From the NCBI GenBank assembly GCA_037137935.1, contig JBAXJI010000002.1, positions 12,218 through 76,217 of the forward strand: a stretch of DNA of 64,000 nt, read 5' to 3'. The first letter of the stretch is position 1; every line of letters begins with the position of its first letter. This document shows, in pieces, positions 54,801 to 63,141 of this stretch. This DNA is from Candidatus Saccharimonadota bacterium. GTDB taxonomy: Bacteria; Patescibacteriota; Saccharimonadia; Saccharimonadales; AQU-01. The notes under the pieces are model-generated. The model did no database searches. It saw only the letters and a list, made by a program, of their open reading frames with translations, and was not told the origin of the DNA. The position numbers and the translations under genes were made by a program.

Positions 54801-55516
54801 ATGAATTGCAATGGGAAAGAGATCTGCTTGGCCTATATTTATCGCAACATCCTCTAGAGCAATTTACAGTTTTTCTTGACGAACAAACCGTACCTCTCGC
54901 TAGTATTAAGCCCGAGCATGACGGTAAATTAGTTACTATTGGCGGGATAATTATGGAGTTTAGAGAAATCTCTACCAAAAATGGTCAAAAAATGGCGTTT
55001 GTTAAAATTGCCGACCAAAATACAGAGTGTGAATTAGTTTTATTCCCATCAATATATCAAAAGACTATTGGTATCTGGCAGCGCGATCATATTGTGCTTG
55101 TTAAGGGTAAGGTCAACGGCAAGGACCGAGAGGGCAATATTCATTCCGATCTTAAAATTCTAGTCGATGACGCCAGAGAAGTGACTATAGAACAAGCTAT
55201 TGCATATGAAACTACTGGCAAGAAGCAAAGAGTACTAAAAACGCCTTCACCAGCAAAAGTTAAGAACACGGCCACATCAAATGATTCTAAGAATCAAAGA
55301 CTATATATCAGGATAAAAAATTCAGAAGATAGTGCGACATTATCGAAGCTAAAGAGTTTAATAGACGAGAACGCTGGCGAGACAGAAGTCGTATTAGTAT
55401 TGGGCGAAGAATCAAACAAACAAATCATAAAGCTACCACTAAAGATTGGTATTAAAGATAAAGTCACAGAAAGTTTAAATAATTTAGTAGGTGCAGAGAA
55501 CGTAAAGATTAACTAG
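51887..55516 (+). CDS. dnaE: DNA polymerase III alpha subunit
   Basis: PHP domain HLHNHTQYSLLDG. Polymerase core motifs include PDFDIDI, HAAGVVI and LLKMDFLGL. OB-fold C-terminus. Confidence 0.95.
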   Translation: MAKDLTPANFVHLHNHTQYSLLDGLTKIPALIDYVNEMGMKAVAITDHGTLSGAIEFYKTAKAGDVKPIIGMETYVAPRGHTDRDPSKDKTPFHLIVLAMNNQGYQNLMRLSTTANLDGFYYKPRVDHDLLEKYNEGLIILSGCIGGEIGDALRQGQYDKAVTVATWYKSIFGDRYYFEVQDHGHLKHPARWAEQTAVNDQIFKLSAELDIPVVVTSDAHYLRHEDQEAHEILLCVQTGSFLSDEKRMSLKEFELHVTEPEEIIKRWGADHPDVITNTRDIADRCDVELKLGEYLIPKFSVPEGESEKSYLDKLTFSGLLKRYNNVDAKASEKMTIQSMKDVLPPEVVVRADYELGTIDRMGFNGYFLIVQDFINWGKNEGIIFGPGRGSGAGSIVAFALRITELDPLKYELLFERFLNPDRISMPDFDIDIQDSRREEVIQYCVRKYGKERVANIVTFGKMAARNAVRDVSRVLQVPYAEADRLAKMIPPPVQGRHIPLSKSIVDDPDLKREYEASDLTKRVFDLAIRLEGTIRSHGVHAAGVVIAPDDIVKFAPLEMAQKGVVSTQYSMGPVEELGLLKMDFLGLSNLTTIKNALRIIKKVYKKDIDINTLPLDDAATYKLLAKGDTTGVFQLESAGMKRYLKDLKPTVFDDIVAMGALYRPGPMQWIEDFIARKHGLREIEYLHPAMEPALKPTYGIIVYQEQVMQISREMCGFTGGQSDTLRKAIGKKKPEEMAKMKAAFIDGAIKTVGANPQVMEKFWGQLEAFAAYAFPKAHAACYALTSYHTAYLKAHYPAAFMAALMTSDFDDTDRLSIEISECKHMGLEVLAPDVNQSFGEFAVVPGETVKQGQIRFGMNAVKNVGSGAVEDIILARDIDGKFSSLEDFLAKVNSKVVNRKTMESLIKSGAFSSFETRGVLLNNLDTILAYSSRLHKEKNSGQTDLFGNQLDSEVSTPKLALDNMDITYTSRDELQWERDLLGLYLSQHPLEQFTVFLDEQTVPLASIKPEHDGKLVTIGGIIMEFREISTKNGQKMAFVKIADQNTECELVLFPSIYQKTIGIWQRDHIVLVKGKVNGKDREGNIHSDLKILVDDAREVTIEQAIAYETTGKKQRVLKTPSPAKVKNTATSNDSKNQRLYIRIKNSEDSATLSKLKSLIDENAGETEVVLVLGEESNKQIIKLPLKIGIKDKVTESLNNLVGAENVKIN

Positions 55517-55530
55517 GTTGTGATAAAAAT

Positions 55531-56526
55531 CTAGCGAATATGTCCAGCTGTTTGACTGACTATCAAACATAGACCGATAAGACTAATTAGGGTAATGTCC
55601 AAGAGCATATGAGAGGCGACGTACTTTTCGCCTTTTCTTATCATTTTGTGAATTTTTACTCCGTGTCTTGAGACAAGTGTGAATATTGCTAAAATGGACA
55701 CTATTATTGCGACGGTTGTAAGTATCGGCATCTTACCATTCGTAACTGTTGTCAGGCGTGAAACTTTGATTGTACTAGGCTCGATAAGAGGCTTAGCGTC
55801 AGTGTTGGGAGAAATAACAGCCACTGGTTCTGCTGCTATTTTTGGTGTTGAGGTAGGATTAGCTACAGCCGTTGCTGTTGGTGTGCTCTTTACGACTGGC
55901 GGTGGAGTCACGACTGGCGAAACTATTGGTGTTATTGGCGCCAATGGCATGCCATATTCAGCAACAACCACTGTCTCATTGCCGTTATTAACGAAATCGC
56001 TGGAATTTGCAAAGCCGAATCCTACTTCTTGAAACGAGCTATTGAGTAAATTCTCACGGTGAGATGGGCTATTCATCCATCCGGTTATAGTGTCGCTACT
56101 TGTCATGAATCCGAAAGCTAGATTTTCGCCTGCTTTGAAGTAAGCATAGCCTGCGTTGTCAAAAAATGCCCACGGTTCAACACCATCTGGTGTGTTATGA
56201 GACCAGTAATTTCTGGTTACCATATCGTTAGCTTTTGCCTGGGCGGCTTGGTTTAATTTGGCGTTAATTGTAAGTGCGCTTAGTCCATTTAAAGAGCGTT
56301 GCTGATTCGTTTGCAACAATAAACTATCCGATCCTATGTTGGTCGCGTATGCTAGCACGCCTTTTTTAGCATGGGGCTGCCACATGCTCGTAAAGACTAT
56401 TCCGGTAACTAATATCAATATAAGGGGAACGTAAGGTAAATAGACGTTAAGGAATTTTTTTGTATGTTTTTGATGCTTACCGTGACGCTTTTGGCTATGT
56501 GCGCTGCGGTTATTCGTTGCTGCCAT
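55531..56526 (-). CDS. Membrane-anchored CAP/SCP (YkwD-like) domain protein
   Basis: Basic N-terminus plus a TM. CAP core: NDMVTRNYWSHNTPDG, GENLAFGF, WMNSPSHRENLL, EVGFG. A Pro/Thr-rich linker and two C-terminal TM segments follow. Confidence 0.75.
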   Translation of the reverse strand: MAATNNRSAHSQKRHGKHQKHTKKFLNVYLPYVPLILILVTGIVFTSMWQPHAKKGVLAYATNIGSDSLLLQTNQQRSLNGLSALTINAKLNQAAQAKANDMVTRNYWSHNTPDGVEPWAFFDNAGYAYFKAGENLAFGFMTSSDTITGWMNSPSHRENLLNSSFQEVGFGFANSSDFVNNGNETVVVAEYGMPLAPITPIVSPVVTPPPVVKSTPTATAVANPTSTPKIAAEPVAVISPNTDAKPLIEPSTIKVSRLTTVTNGKMPILTTVAIIVSILAIFTLVSRHGVKIHKMIRKGEKYVASHMLLDITLISLIGLCLIVSQTAGHIR

Positions 56527-56573
56527 ATATCTAGTATAGAGCGGTATGACAATTTTACAAAGTAGTCTTAGTG

Positions 56574-57089
56574 CTATAGCTTATCTGGGTTACGTATTTT
56601 CCATCGTAGCTGATAAAGGGCTATTGCGGCGGCTTGTGTGACGTTCAATGACTCTTTCTTTCCTAGCATCGGTATCTCAAGTATTAGATCGCAAAGTTTC
56701 AGTATTTTTGCATCGATTCCTTCGACTTCTCTACCTAGTATTAGTGCAATATCTTGATTATCGGTATAGTCGGTGATCGAAATAGAGTCATCTGATTGCT
56801 CAAGTGCAGCAACTAGATAATTATCTGATTTTAGACTTTTAACTAGTGAATCTAAATCTTCAACGTACTCCCAATCTACAAAATCTTCGGCTCCTAAAGA
56901 GGTTTTGACTATTTGCTTGTGTATTTTGCTAGCAATATGTGGCAGTCTAATGTCGTTTTTTGATATTGGATAAGGCGTATAGCCTGTAAAGTATATTTTG
57001 TGTACTCCTAAGCCGTCAGCGGTACGGATTAAAGAGCCAACATTATGTGCACTCCGTAGATCATGGGCAATAACAATAATTTTTGACAT
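56574..57089 (-). CDS. SpoU/TrmH-family RNA 2'-O-methyltransferase
   Basis: HNVGSLIRTADGLGV, LILGREVEGI and IPMLGKKESLNVTQAAAIALYQL. ATG 57089 is preferred over TTG 57107. Confidence 0.8.
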   Translation of the reverse strand: MSKIIVIAHDLRSAHNVGSLIRTADGLGVHKIYFTGYTPYPISKNDIRLPHIASKIHKQIVKTSLGAEDFVDWEYVEDLDSLVKSLKSDNYLVAALEQSDDSISITDYTDNQDIALILGREVEGIDAKILKLCDLILEIPMLGKKESLNVTQAAAIALYQLRWKIRNPDKL

Positions 57090-57184
57090 CAAGCACAGTA
57101 TGGACAAATCTTAAGAAAGTGGCAAATTAAAAGGCGAATTGCTACATTATTTGGCTGTAAATAACCAACTAATCATATATACTT

Positions 57185-58789
57185 ATGCTTATGTCACATG
57201 ATATTCGACAAGACGAAGAACTGTCTACAGCTAGGCGTGCCAAAGTTCTAGGCATGGACTACTTCGATACCTACAAGAACAAAAGGCCTCTATTCAAACA
57301 AGTGCTGGCCGTTGGAGATATCAGGAAGTACCGCGTCGTGCCTCTATTCGCAGACGAACACAACATTCTATTTGGCTTAACTACTACGACTTCTCAACAG
57401 ACTATTAACGGCTTGACGCAGCATTTTCAAGACCAGCGAGTTGAGTATACTCTCATATCTGATACGGGCTTCAATGACTTTATGTTGCTGTACGACCCAC
57501 CTAGGCAAATTATTTATCAAGATATTGAAGTAGCATCAGCCGGAAATTCTGAACTACTCAAAAAGGTATCTGCAATACTCGAACAGATTAAGGCCGATGA
57601 CATGTTGGCTTATTTAGTTCAACAGGCTCACCGCCTCAATGCATCAGATATCCACTTTGAGAATCAGTCCAAATTTGCCAGAATCCGTTTTCGTATTGAT
57701 GGAGTGCTGCATCCAATAGCGCAAATCAGCTTCGCTAAGGCTCATATTCTGATATCAGCCATCGCCAGTGGAGCAAACGTCTCGACTGCTTCATTAGATG
57801 CGCAGCAGGGGCATATCGCAGAGAACACGAAAATGGCGGACGGCACTCAAGTTAGTATCAACTTGCGTGTCGAGACCGTACCAGCTATTAACGGCATGGA
57901 TATTGTCATGCGTTTATTCAACATGGACCAGAGCATGTACAACCTAGACAGATTGGGTCTATCTGACAAAGAAAGAAAAGTAGTAGAAGATATTATAGCT
58001 AAGCCGAGCGGTCTAGTCATGGTTGTCGGGCCTACAGGTTCTGGTAAGACTACGACTTTATATTCGATACTTCAAACTTTGAACACAGACGAAAATAAGA
58101 TTATAACCATTGAAGATCCTGTTGAGTATCAGTTCGAAGGTGTTACTCAGATATCAGTAAATAATACACCTGAGCATAAAACTAGCTTTGCTGATCAACT
58201 TAGAGCTGTATTGAGGCTTGATCCAGATGTCGTGATGGTTGGAGAGATTCGAGATAACGATACAGCCAAAACTGCTCTGCAAGCTGCGTTAACGGGACAC
58301 CTTGTGTTGTCTACTTTTCACGCTAGTTCAGCTTCGGCTGCGATAACACGTATTATGGATATTATTGGCGAGAATCCACTATTTCTATCTGCTATTCGTT
58401 TAGTTATGGCACAGCGGCTTGTTAGGCGCCTAGATGATGCCATTAAACAGCCTTATAAGCCTGACGAAAAGACCATGCATATAATTAAACAAGTAGTTGA
58501 CGGACTTCCTGCTTCTGTCGAAAAGCCAAGTTTGGAAAATCTGCAACTTTATAAACCGGGCGTATCAGAAGAGAATCCTTACGGCTATAAAGGCCAGCTG
58601 GCCTTGCGCGAACAATTCATAATGAGTGGACCAGTATATGAACTCTTACAAAAGAGTCAAAAGTTAACAACGCAAGATATTGAGGCTTCGGCTATAGAGA
58701 GCGGGATGACAACAATGTTGCAAGAGGGTGTTCTTAAGGCCATTAAGGGCGAAACTACACTAGAAGAAGTTTATCGAGTCGTAGGGTAA
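57185..58789 (+). CDS. Type II/IV secretion-system ATPase (PilB/GspE family)
   Basis: T2SSE N-terminal domain, Walker A GPTGSGKTT, Asp box, Walker B DPDVVMVGEIRD and His box TGHLVLSTFH. Confidence 0.85.
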   Translation: MLMSHDIRQDEELSTARRAKVLGMDYFDTYKNKRPLFKQVLAVGDIRKYRVVPLFADEHNILFGLTTTTSQQTINGLTQHFQDQRVEYTLISDTGFNDFMLLYDPPRQIIYQDIEVASAGNSELLKKVSAILEQIKADDMLAYLVQQAHRLNASDIHFENQSKFARIRFRIDGVLHPIAQISFAKAHILISAIASGANVSTASLDAQQGHIAENTKMADGTQVSINLRVETVPAINGMDIVMRLFNMDQSMYNLDRLGLSDKERKVVEDIIAKPSGLVMVVGPTGSGKTTTLYSILQTLNTDENKIITIEDPVEYQFEGVTQISVNNTPEHKTSFADQLRAVLRLDPDVVMVGEIRDNDTAKTALQAALTGHLVLSTFHASSASAAITRIMDIIGENPLFLSAIRLVMAQRLVRRLDDAIKQPYKPDEKTMHIIKQVVDGLPASVEKPSLENLQLYKPGVSEENPYGYKGQLALREQFIMSGPVYELLQKSQKLTTQDIEASAIESGMTTMLQEGVLKAIKGETTLEEVYRVVG

Positions 58790-58822
58790 CTTTAGTTATG
58801 TGTTTTGGTGGCTAAGTCACTA

Positions 58823-58851
58823 TTCCAATCACGCAACAGATATGGTATACT
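58823..58851 (+). promoter_or_regulatory. Candidate promoter of rplS
   Basis: TTCCAA (58823-58828), 17-nt spacer, TATACT (58846-58851). Confidence 0.4.
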
Positions 58852-58888
58852 TGATTTAAAGAGTTAAATAAGGTAGAGTAGTAAGTCT

Positions 58889-59314
58889 ATGCAAAGCGTA
58901 ATACATGCAGTTGAAGCAAAATACAAAAAACACGCCGTCGTCGACGTTAAGTCTGGCGATACTGTAAAAGTACACCAGAAGATTAAAGAAGGCGCTAAAG
59001 AGCGCGTACAGATTTTTGAAGGTTTGGTTATTCGTGCATCACGCAAGGATAGTTTAACTAGCACAATCTGTGTACGTAAGATTGCAAGCGGTGTTGGTGT
59101 TGAAAAGACATATTTGTTGCACAGTCCTAACGTTATTAAAATTGAAGTTACCAAGCGAAGTAAAGTACGCCGAAATTACCTAAGTTACATGCGTGCGCTT
59201 ACAGGTAAAAACGCTCGTCTTAGTAGTGTCGATTTTGACAAAAGAGGCGTTAACGATATCCCTGAACCCGTAGTAAACGAAGAAGTTGTTGCTGAAGACG
59301 CAAAAACTGAATAG
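58889..59314 (+). CDS. rplS: 50S ribosomal protein L19 with acidic C-terminal extension
   Basis: SGDTVKVHQKIKEGAKERVQIFEGLVI and VRKIASGVGVEKTYLLHSP. About 25 extra C-terminal residues (DIPEPVVNEEVVAEDAKTE). Confidence 0.95.
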   Translation: MQSVIHAVEAKYKKHAVVDVKSGDTVKVHQKIKEGAKERVQIFEGLVIRASRKDSLTSTICVRKIASGVGVEKTYLLHSPNVIKIEVTKRSKVRRNYLSYMRALTGKNARLSSVDFDKRGVNDIPEPVVNEEVVAEDAKTE

Positions 59315-59340
59315 TCAGACAAAAAGCTATAAAAAGCAAA

Positions 59341-59366
59341 AAAGCCCAGAATAACTGGGCTTTTTT
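59341..59366 (+). terminator. Rho-independent terminator after rplS
   Basis: AAAGCCCAG (59341-59349), loop AATAA, CTGGGCTTT (59355-59363), continuing as a run of six T to 59366. Confidence 0.8.
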
Positions 59367-59434
59367 AATGTCAAATAAATGACAAACGATTATCTGTACT
59401 AGTAACATCTAGCCAGATAAGCGATACTAATATT

Positions 59435-60013
59435 ATGATAGGAATAGACGAGGTTGGTAGAGGTTGTTGGGCAGGTCCTTTACTTATAGTGGCCGCAAGA
59501 CCAAAAGCAGATCTGCCTGCGGGTTTAAAGGATTCCAAGAAGCTATCTGCTAAACAGCGTGATAAGCTTTACCCTTTGATTATTGAAAGTTGCGACCTTG
59601 GAGAGGGTTGGGTTGGGCCAGACGAAATAGATAATATCGGATTAGCTCAGGCAATGATTCTGGGAGTTCAGAGAGCTTTGGATAATATCGAACCATCAAA
59701 TGCCGAAGAGGTTATTATGGACGGCGATATAAACTACGTATCTAAGATTCCAGCCCACACTTCACTAAAAAGCAGAGCCGTCATTAAAGCCGACGACGAA
59801 TACCCGATTGTGAGCGCCGCCAGTATCTATGCAAAAGTAAAACGAGATGATTATATGAGCAAAGCTAGTTTTGAGTTTCCTGGATATGGTTTCGAAAAGC
59901 ATGTTGGTTATGGAACGTCTCAGCATCTGCAGGCGATGCAGGTCTTGGGCGTAGTCAAATTACACAGACTCTCCTTCAAGCCTGTCAAACAGATGCTAAT
60001 AAATAGAGTGTAA
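59435..60013 (+). CDS. rnhB: Ribonuclease HII
   Basis: IGIDEVGRGCWAGPL catalytic motif, DSKKLS and ASIYAKVKRD. Confidence 0.9.
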   Translation: MIGIDEVGRGCWAGPLLIVAARPKADLPAGLKDSKKLSAKQRDKLYPLIIESCDLGEGWVGPDEIDNIGLAQAMILGVQRALDNIEPSNAEEVIMDGDINYVSKIPAHTSLKSRAVIKADDEYPIVSAASIYAKVKRDDYMSKASFEFPGYGFEKHVGYGTSQHLQAMQVLGVVKLHRLSFKPVKQMLINRV

Positions 60014-60360
60014 TGACAAACTATGCGAACGGTCACAAAGCAGAAGAAGTTGCTGCTAAATATCTAGAACGATTAGGCTATAAGATTATCGAGCGCAACT
60101 ATCGAACTCGAATGTGCGAAATTGATATAGTGGCAAAACATAGAGACGTTATTTATTTTATTGAAGTTAAATATCGACTAAATGCTCAGCAAGGAGCTGG
60201 CCTCGACTACATAACAGACAAAAAACTTAGACAAATGCGTTTTGGGGCAGAAGTATGGCTGATTAATGATGGTTGGAATGGCGATTATAGACTATCTGTC
60301 ATAAATGTTGACGGAATTGATTATACAGTCACAGATTTTATTGAAAGCCTAGACTACTAA
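60013..60360 (+). CDS. yraN: YraN-family endonuclease (UPF0102)
   Basis: GHKAEEVAAKYLERLGYKIIERNYR...EIDIVAK...IYFIEVKYR. Confidence 0.85.
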   Translation: MTNYANGHKAEEVAAKYLERLGYKIIERNYRTRMCEIDIVAKHRDVIYFIEVKYRLNAQQGAGLDYITDKKLRQMRFGAEVWLINDGWNGDYRLSVINVDGIDYTVTDFIESLDY

Positions 60361-62993
60361 ATTTGATTCTTAAAGAAAGCTTTAACTTCTTTAAGGCTGC
60401 GCTTTTTCCAAGCAGATTGCCACTGTATCATCTCAATGCCTTGATTGTAGGTTCTCTCAAGCGTAATGGACATTCTTGGCAAGAAGAAAGCTTTGTATTC
60501 TTCTAGGAATTTTTCGTCGCTGAAGGCTCTACCAACATATACCGGCATTCTATAGAAGCTAAGGTCGCTGCCTAATGTTTTTTCTAGCCAATCCCAGTGT
60601 GTTTTGAGCCAGTCCCATGTCTGTTGTTTGGCGTGGCGATTAAGGAGGCTATAGGCGATCCAGTAGGTTATATCTTGTGCGCGAACATGGTCGCTGTCTA
60701 TCATACTAAGTGCTTGGTCGATTATCTTTGGTTGTTTGAATCCAGTGAGGGCTGCTGAAAGCGTTACTCTCTCTTCGCTTAAGGTGGCCTCGTTGTGAAG
60801 TTTTAGGAGTTTATCGAACTCATCCTGGCCGCCTAGTCTGGCAGCAGTACCGTACACGGTTCCTCTAAGATCTGGATCGATGTCTATGCCTCGTTTTACT
60901 TTTCGCTGTGATGGATTAACTAGAAGATCGCTGTCAATTTCTTGATTGTGTTCTATCTTGGCAAATAATTCTAAACAGTGCTTAACAATTGTCGGTTCGT
61001 CAGCAGCTGATGCCATACCTAAGATAATTGGTCGTAGTAATTTGTCGAAGTGTGATTCTCCAGATAATCGTTCCCAGCCTAATCTTTTTAGCTGTGAGGC
61101 AATTAGCTTCCGCTTAAAAGGCTTCATATCTTCTCTTAATTCGTCGTCGTTCATAGTCATTCTAAGGGCGCCAATCGTCATGCTGATAGCGTCCCAGACG
61201 GCATAATTGTCCTCATTTTTGAAGTTACTTATAAAGTGAAGCATATCGGCAGTATCTGCGTAGCCGGCCTTAGCAGATTCAGATAAGTCAGATAATATAC
61301 CAAGTCTGTCTATTGGTCCTAGATGACCCTTCTTGATTTGAGCGCCAAGTCGAACTAAGTGTGAACTATTATAAGTGGTACGATAAAATCCACTATGATT
61401 TTGATTAAGTTTGAACTCAGCAGTATCATGCACTTTAAATGTTTCAGTCTGTTTATCGAATAAATCTGGGAGTTTAGAATTTTTAGACTGTAGTGCAACT
61501 GGCCATAGAGTTTCTGGTAATTTGCTATGCGAAGGATTTGTAAAGAAGCGTTCCTGACTAATAGTTACAGAGTTGTTCTCTACTTCAGCTCTGACTAACG
61601 GGAACCCTGGTTGACTGGTCCAAGCGTCCATAAAATCTTTAACAGGCTTTTCTGACGCTTCTTCCATGGCGTCCCACAGGTCTTTGGTGTCAGTATTGCC
61701 GTAGGAGTGCTTCTTAAGATAATAGCGTAAACCGGTCTGGAAAGTTTTTGGCCCTAAGTAGCTGTGTAACATATGTATGGTGCTGGCACCTTTGGAGTAG
61801 CTGATGGCGTCAAATATAGAGCGAATTTCGTCAGGATGTGAAACTGGGACCTCAATAGGGTGAGTGTGCTCCAGGGCGTCGAGCTTAAGAGCCTGCTGCT
61901 GTTCATCAATTATAAACTGAGTCCACATCTTCCACTCAGGAAAGATATGATCAACTGCTAAGTATTCTATCCAGCTAGCAAAACCTTCGTTTAGCCATAA
62001 ATCTGTCCACCAACGCATTGTGACTAGGTTACCGAACCATTGATGGGCTAATTCGTGAGCAACAACCATCGCCACGTATTGTTTGGTCGCGAGGCTGGTA
62101 TTTTTTGGGTCAACCAATAGGGCGTGCTCTCTAAAAGTTATACAGCCCCAGTTTTCCATTGCTCCTGACGCAAAGTCAGGTAGGGCGATTAAATCACATT
62201 TAGGTAGAGGATAGTCGATGCCAAAATAATCATTAAAGAACTCCAAGCATTTAACAGCTACGTCTAGAGCGAACTTCGTGTGTTCGACATTATCTGGAGT
62301 AGCGTAAGCCCTAACTAGGACATTGTCTTTGGTTTTTTGCTCTAAGTAGTCGAGCTCACCGTAAATAAAGGCTAGTAAGTAAGTGGACATGTGTGGCGTG
62401 GTTTCGAAGGTCGTCTTAACTAATTCGACAGATTTGGCATTTTTGCTTGGTACTGGAACTTGTTTGGCGATTGGCGTATTGGCTAGAACTGCTTCGTTTG
62501 CTGGAGTAGTGAGGCTTAGTGCGAATGTAGCTTTTGCTTCTGGTTCATCAATACACGGGATAACTTCTCTGGCGTGGTGGCTTTCGAACTGAGTTGCGAT
62601 TAACTTTTTGTCTATTCCATCGTGCTTAAAGAAACACGGGTATACACCGTTCATTTGCTTGGTAATCTTGCCTGTAAATTCTAGGGTGACGGTATATCGG
62701 CCTGGGTACTGAGTCTTAGGGGAATGTAGCCTAACTTCTGTGAAGCCTTCGTGGTGGTTTATGCGATCAATTTCAACTACTTCATCACCGTTTTTGTCGT
62801 GTCGCACTACTACGGCGGAAGTTATTTTTAAGCCTTTTTGATGAAAGGTTAGTCGTTGGTTTGGTTTACCTACTTTTTGCCCAGTTATTATGACGTTACC
62901 AGAAAAGGTCATTTTGTCTCTGTCAGGGATTAGATCAATGTCATAATTTTTGGGTACAAAGCCCGTGTATAATCTTTTTACAGTCTTGCTCAT
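60357..62993 (-). CDS. pepN: M1-family aminopeptidase N with ERAP1-like C-terminal helical domain
   Basis: GAMENWG exopeptidase motif and zinc site HELAHQWFGNLVTMRWWTDLWLNEG. The 878-aa length includes a long helical C-terminus. Confidence 0.9.
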   Translation of the reverse strand: MSKTVKRLYTGFVPKNYDIDLIPDRDKMTFSGNVIITGQKVGKPNQRLTFHQKGLKITSAVVVRHDKNGDEVVEIDRINHHEGFTEVRLHSPKTQYPGRYTVTLEFTGKITKQMNGVYPCFFKHDGIDKKLIATQFESHHAREVIPCIDEPEAKATFALSLTTPANEAVLANTPIAKQVPVPSKNAKSVELVKTTFETTPHMSTYLLAFIYGELDYLEQKTKDNVLVRAYATPDNVEHTKFALDVAVKCLEFFNDYFGIDYPLPKCDLIALPDFASGAMENWGCITFREHALLVDPKNTSLATKQYVAMVVAHELAHQWFGNLVTMRWWTDLWLNEGFASWIEYLAVDHIFPEWKMWTQFIIDEQQQALKLDALEHTHPIEVPVSHPDEIRSIFDAISYSKGASTIHMLHSYLGPKTFQTGLRYYLKKHSYGNTDTKDLWDAMEEASEKPVKDFMDAWTSQPGFPLVRAEVENNSVTISQERFFTNPSHSKLPETLWPVALQSKNSKLPDLFDKQTETFKVHDTAEFKLNQNHSGFYRTTYNSSHLVRLGAQIKKGHLGPIDRLGILSDLSESAKAGYADTADMLHFISNFKNEDNYAVWDAISMTIGALRMTMNDDELREDMKPFKRKLIASQLKRLGWERLSGESHFDKLLRPIILGMASAADEPTIVKHCLELFAKIEHNQEIDSDLLVNPSQRKVKRGIDIDPDLRGTVYGTAARLGGQDEFDKLLKLHNEATLSEERVTLSAALTGFKQPKIIDQALSMIDSDHVRAQDITYWIAYSLLNRHAKQQTWDWLKTHWDWLEKTLGSDLSFYRMPVYVGRAFSDEKFLEEYKAFFLPRMSITLERTYNQGIEMIQWQSAWKKRSLKEVKAFFKNQI

Positions 62994-63027
62994 AGGGTTA
63001 ATTTTAGCATAGACAGAGTGTGTAAAA

Positions 63028-63056
63028 TTGACAATTTAGGCTGGGGATAGTAATAT
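63028..63056 (+). promoter_or_regulatory. Candidate promoter upstream of nusA
   Basis: Consensus TTGACA (63028-63033), 17-nt spacer, TAATAT (63051-63056). Confidence 0.5.
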
Positions 63057-63071
63057 TATGTTGTACATTAG

Positions 63072-63095
63072 TCCGGCCAGCAGGTCGGATTTTTT
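63072..63095 (+). terminator. Terminator-like hairpin plus T6 inside the putative nusA leader
   Basis: TCCGGC (63072-63077) pairs with GTCGGA (63084-63089), including one G-T wobble, around a 6-nt loop. TTTTTT follows at 63090-63095. No plus-strand gene lies upstream for it to terminate. Confidence 0.4.
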
Positions 63096-63141
63096 AAGTT
63101 AAAGACTCTATCCAAACAATAATTCAAGAAAGGAATATAAA

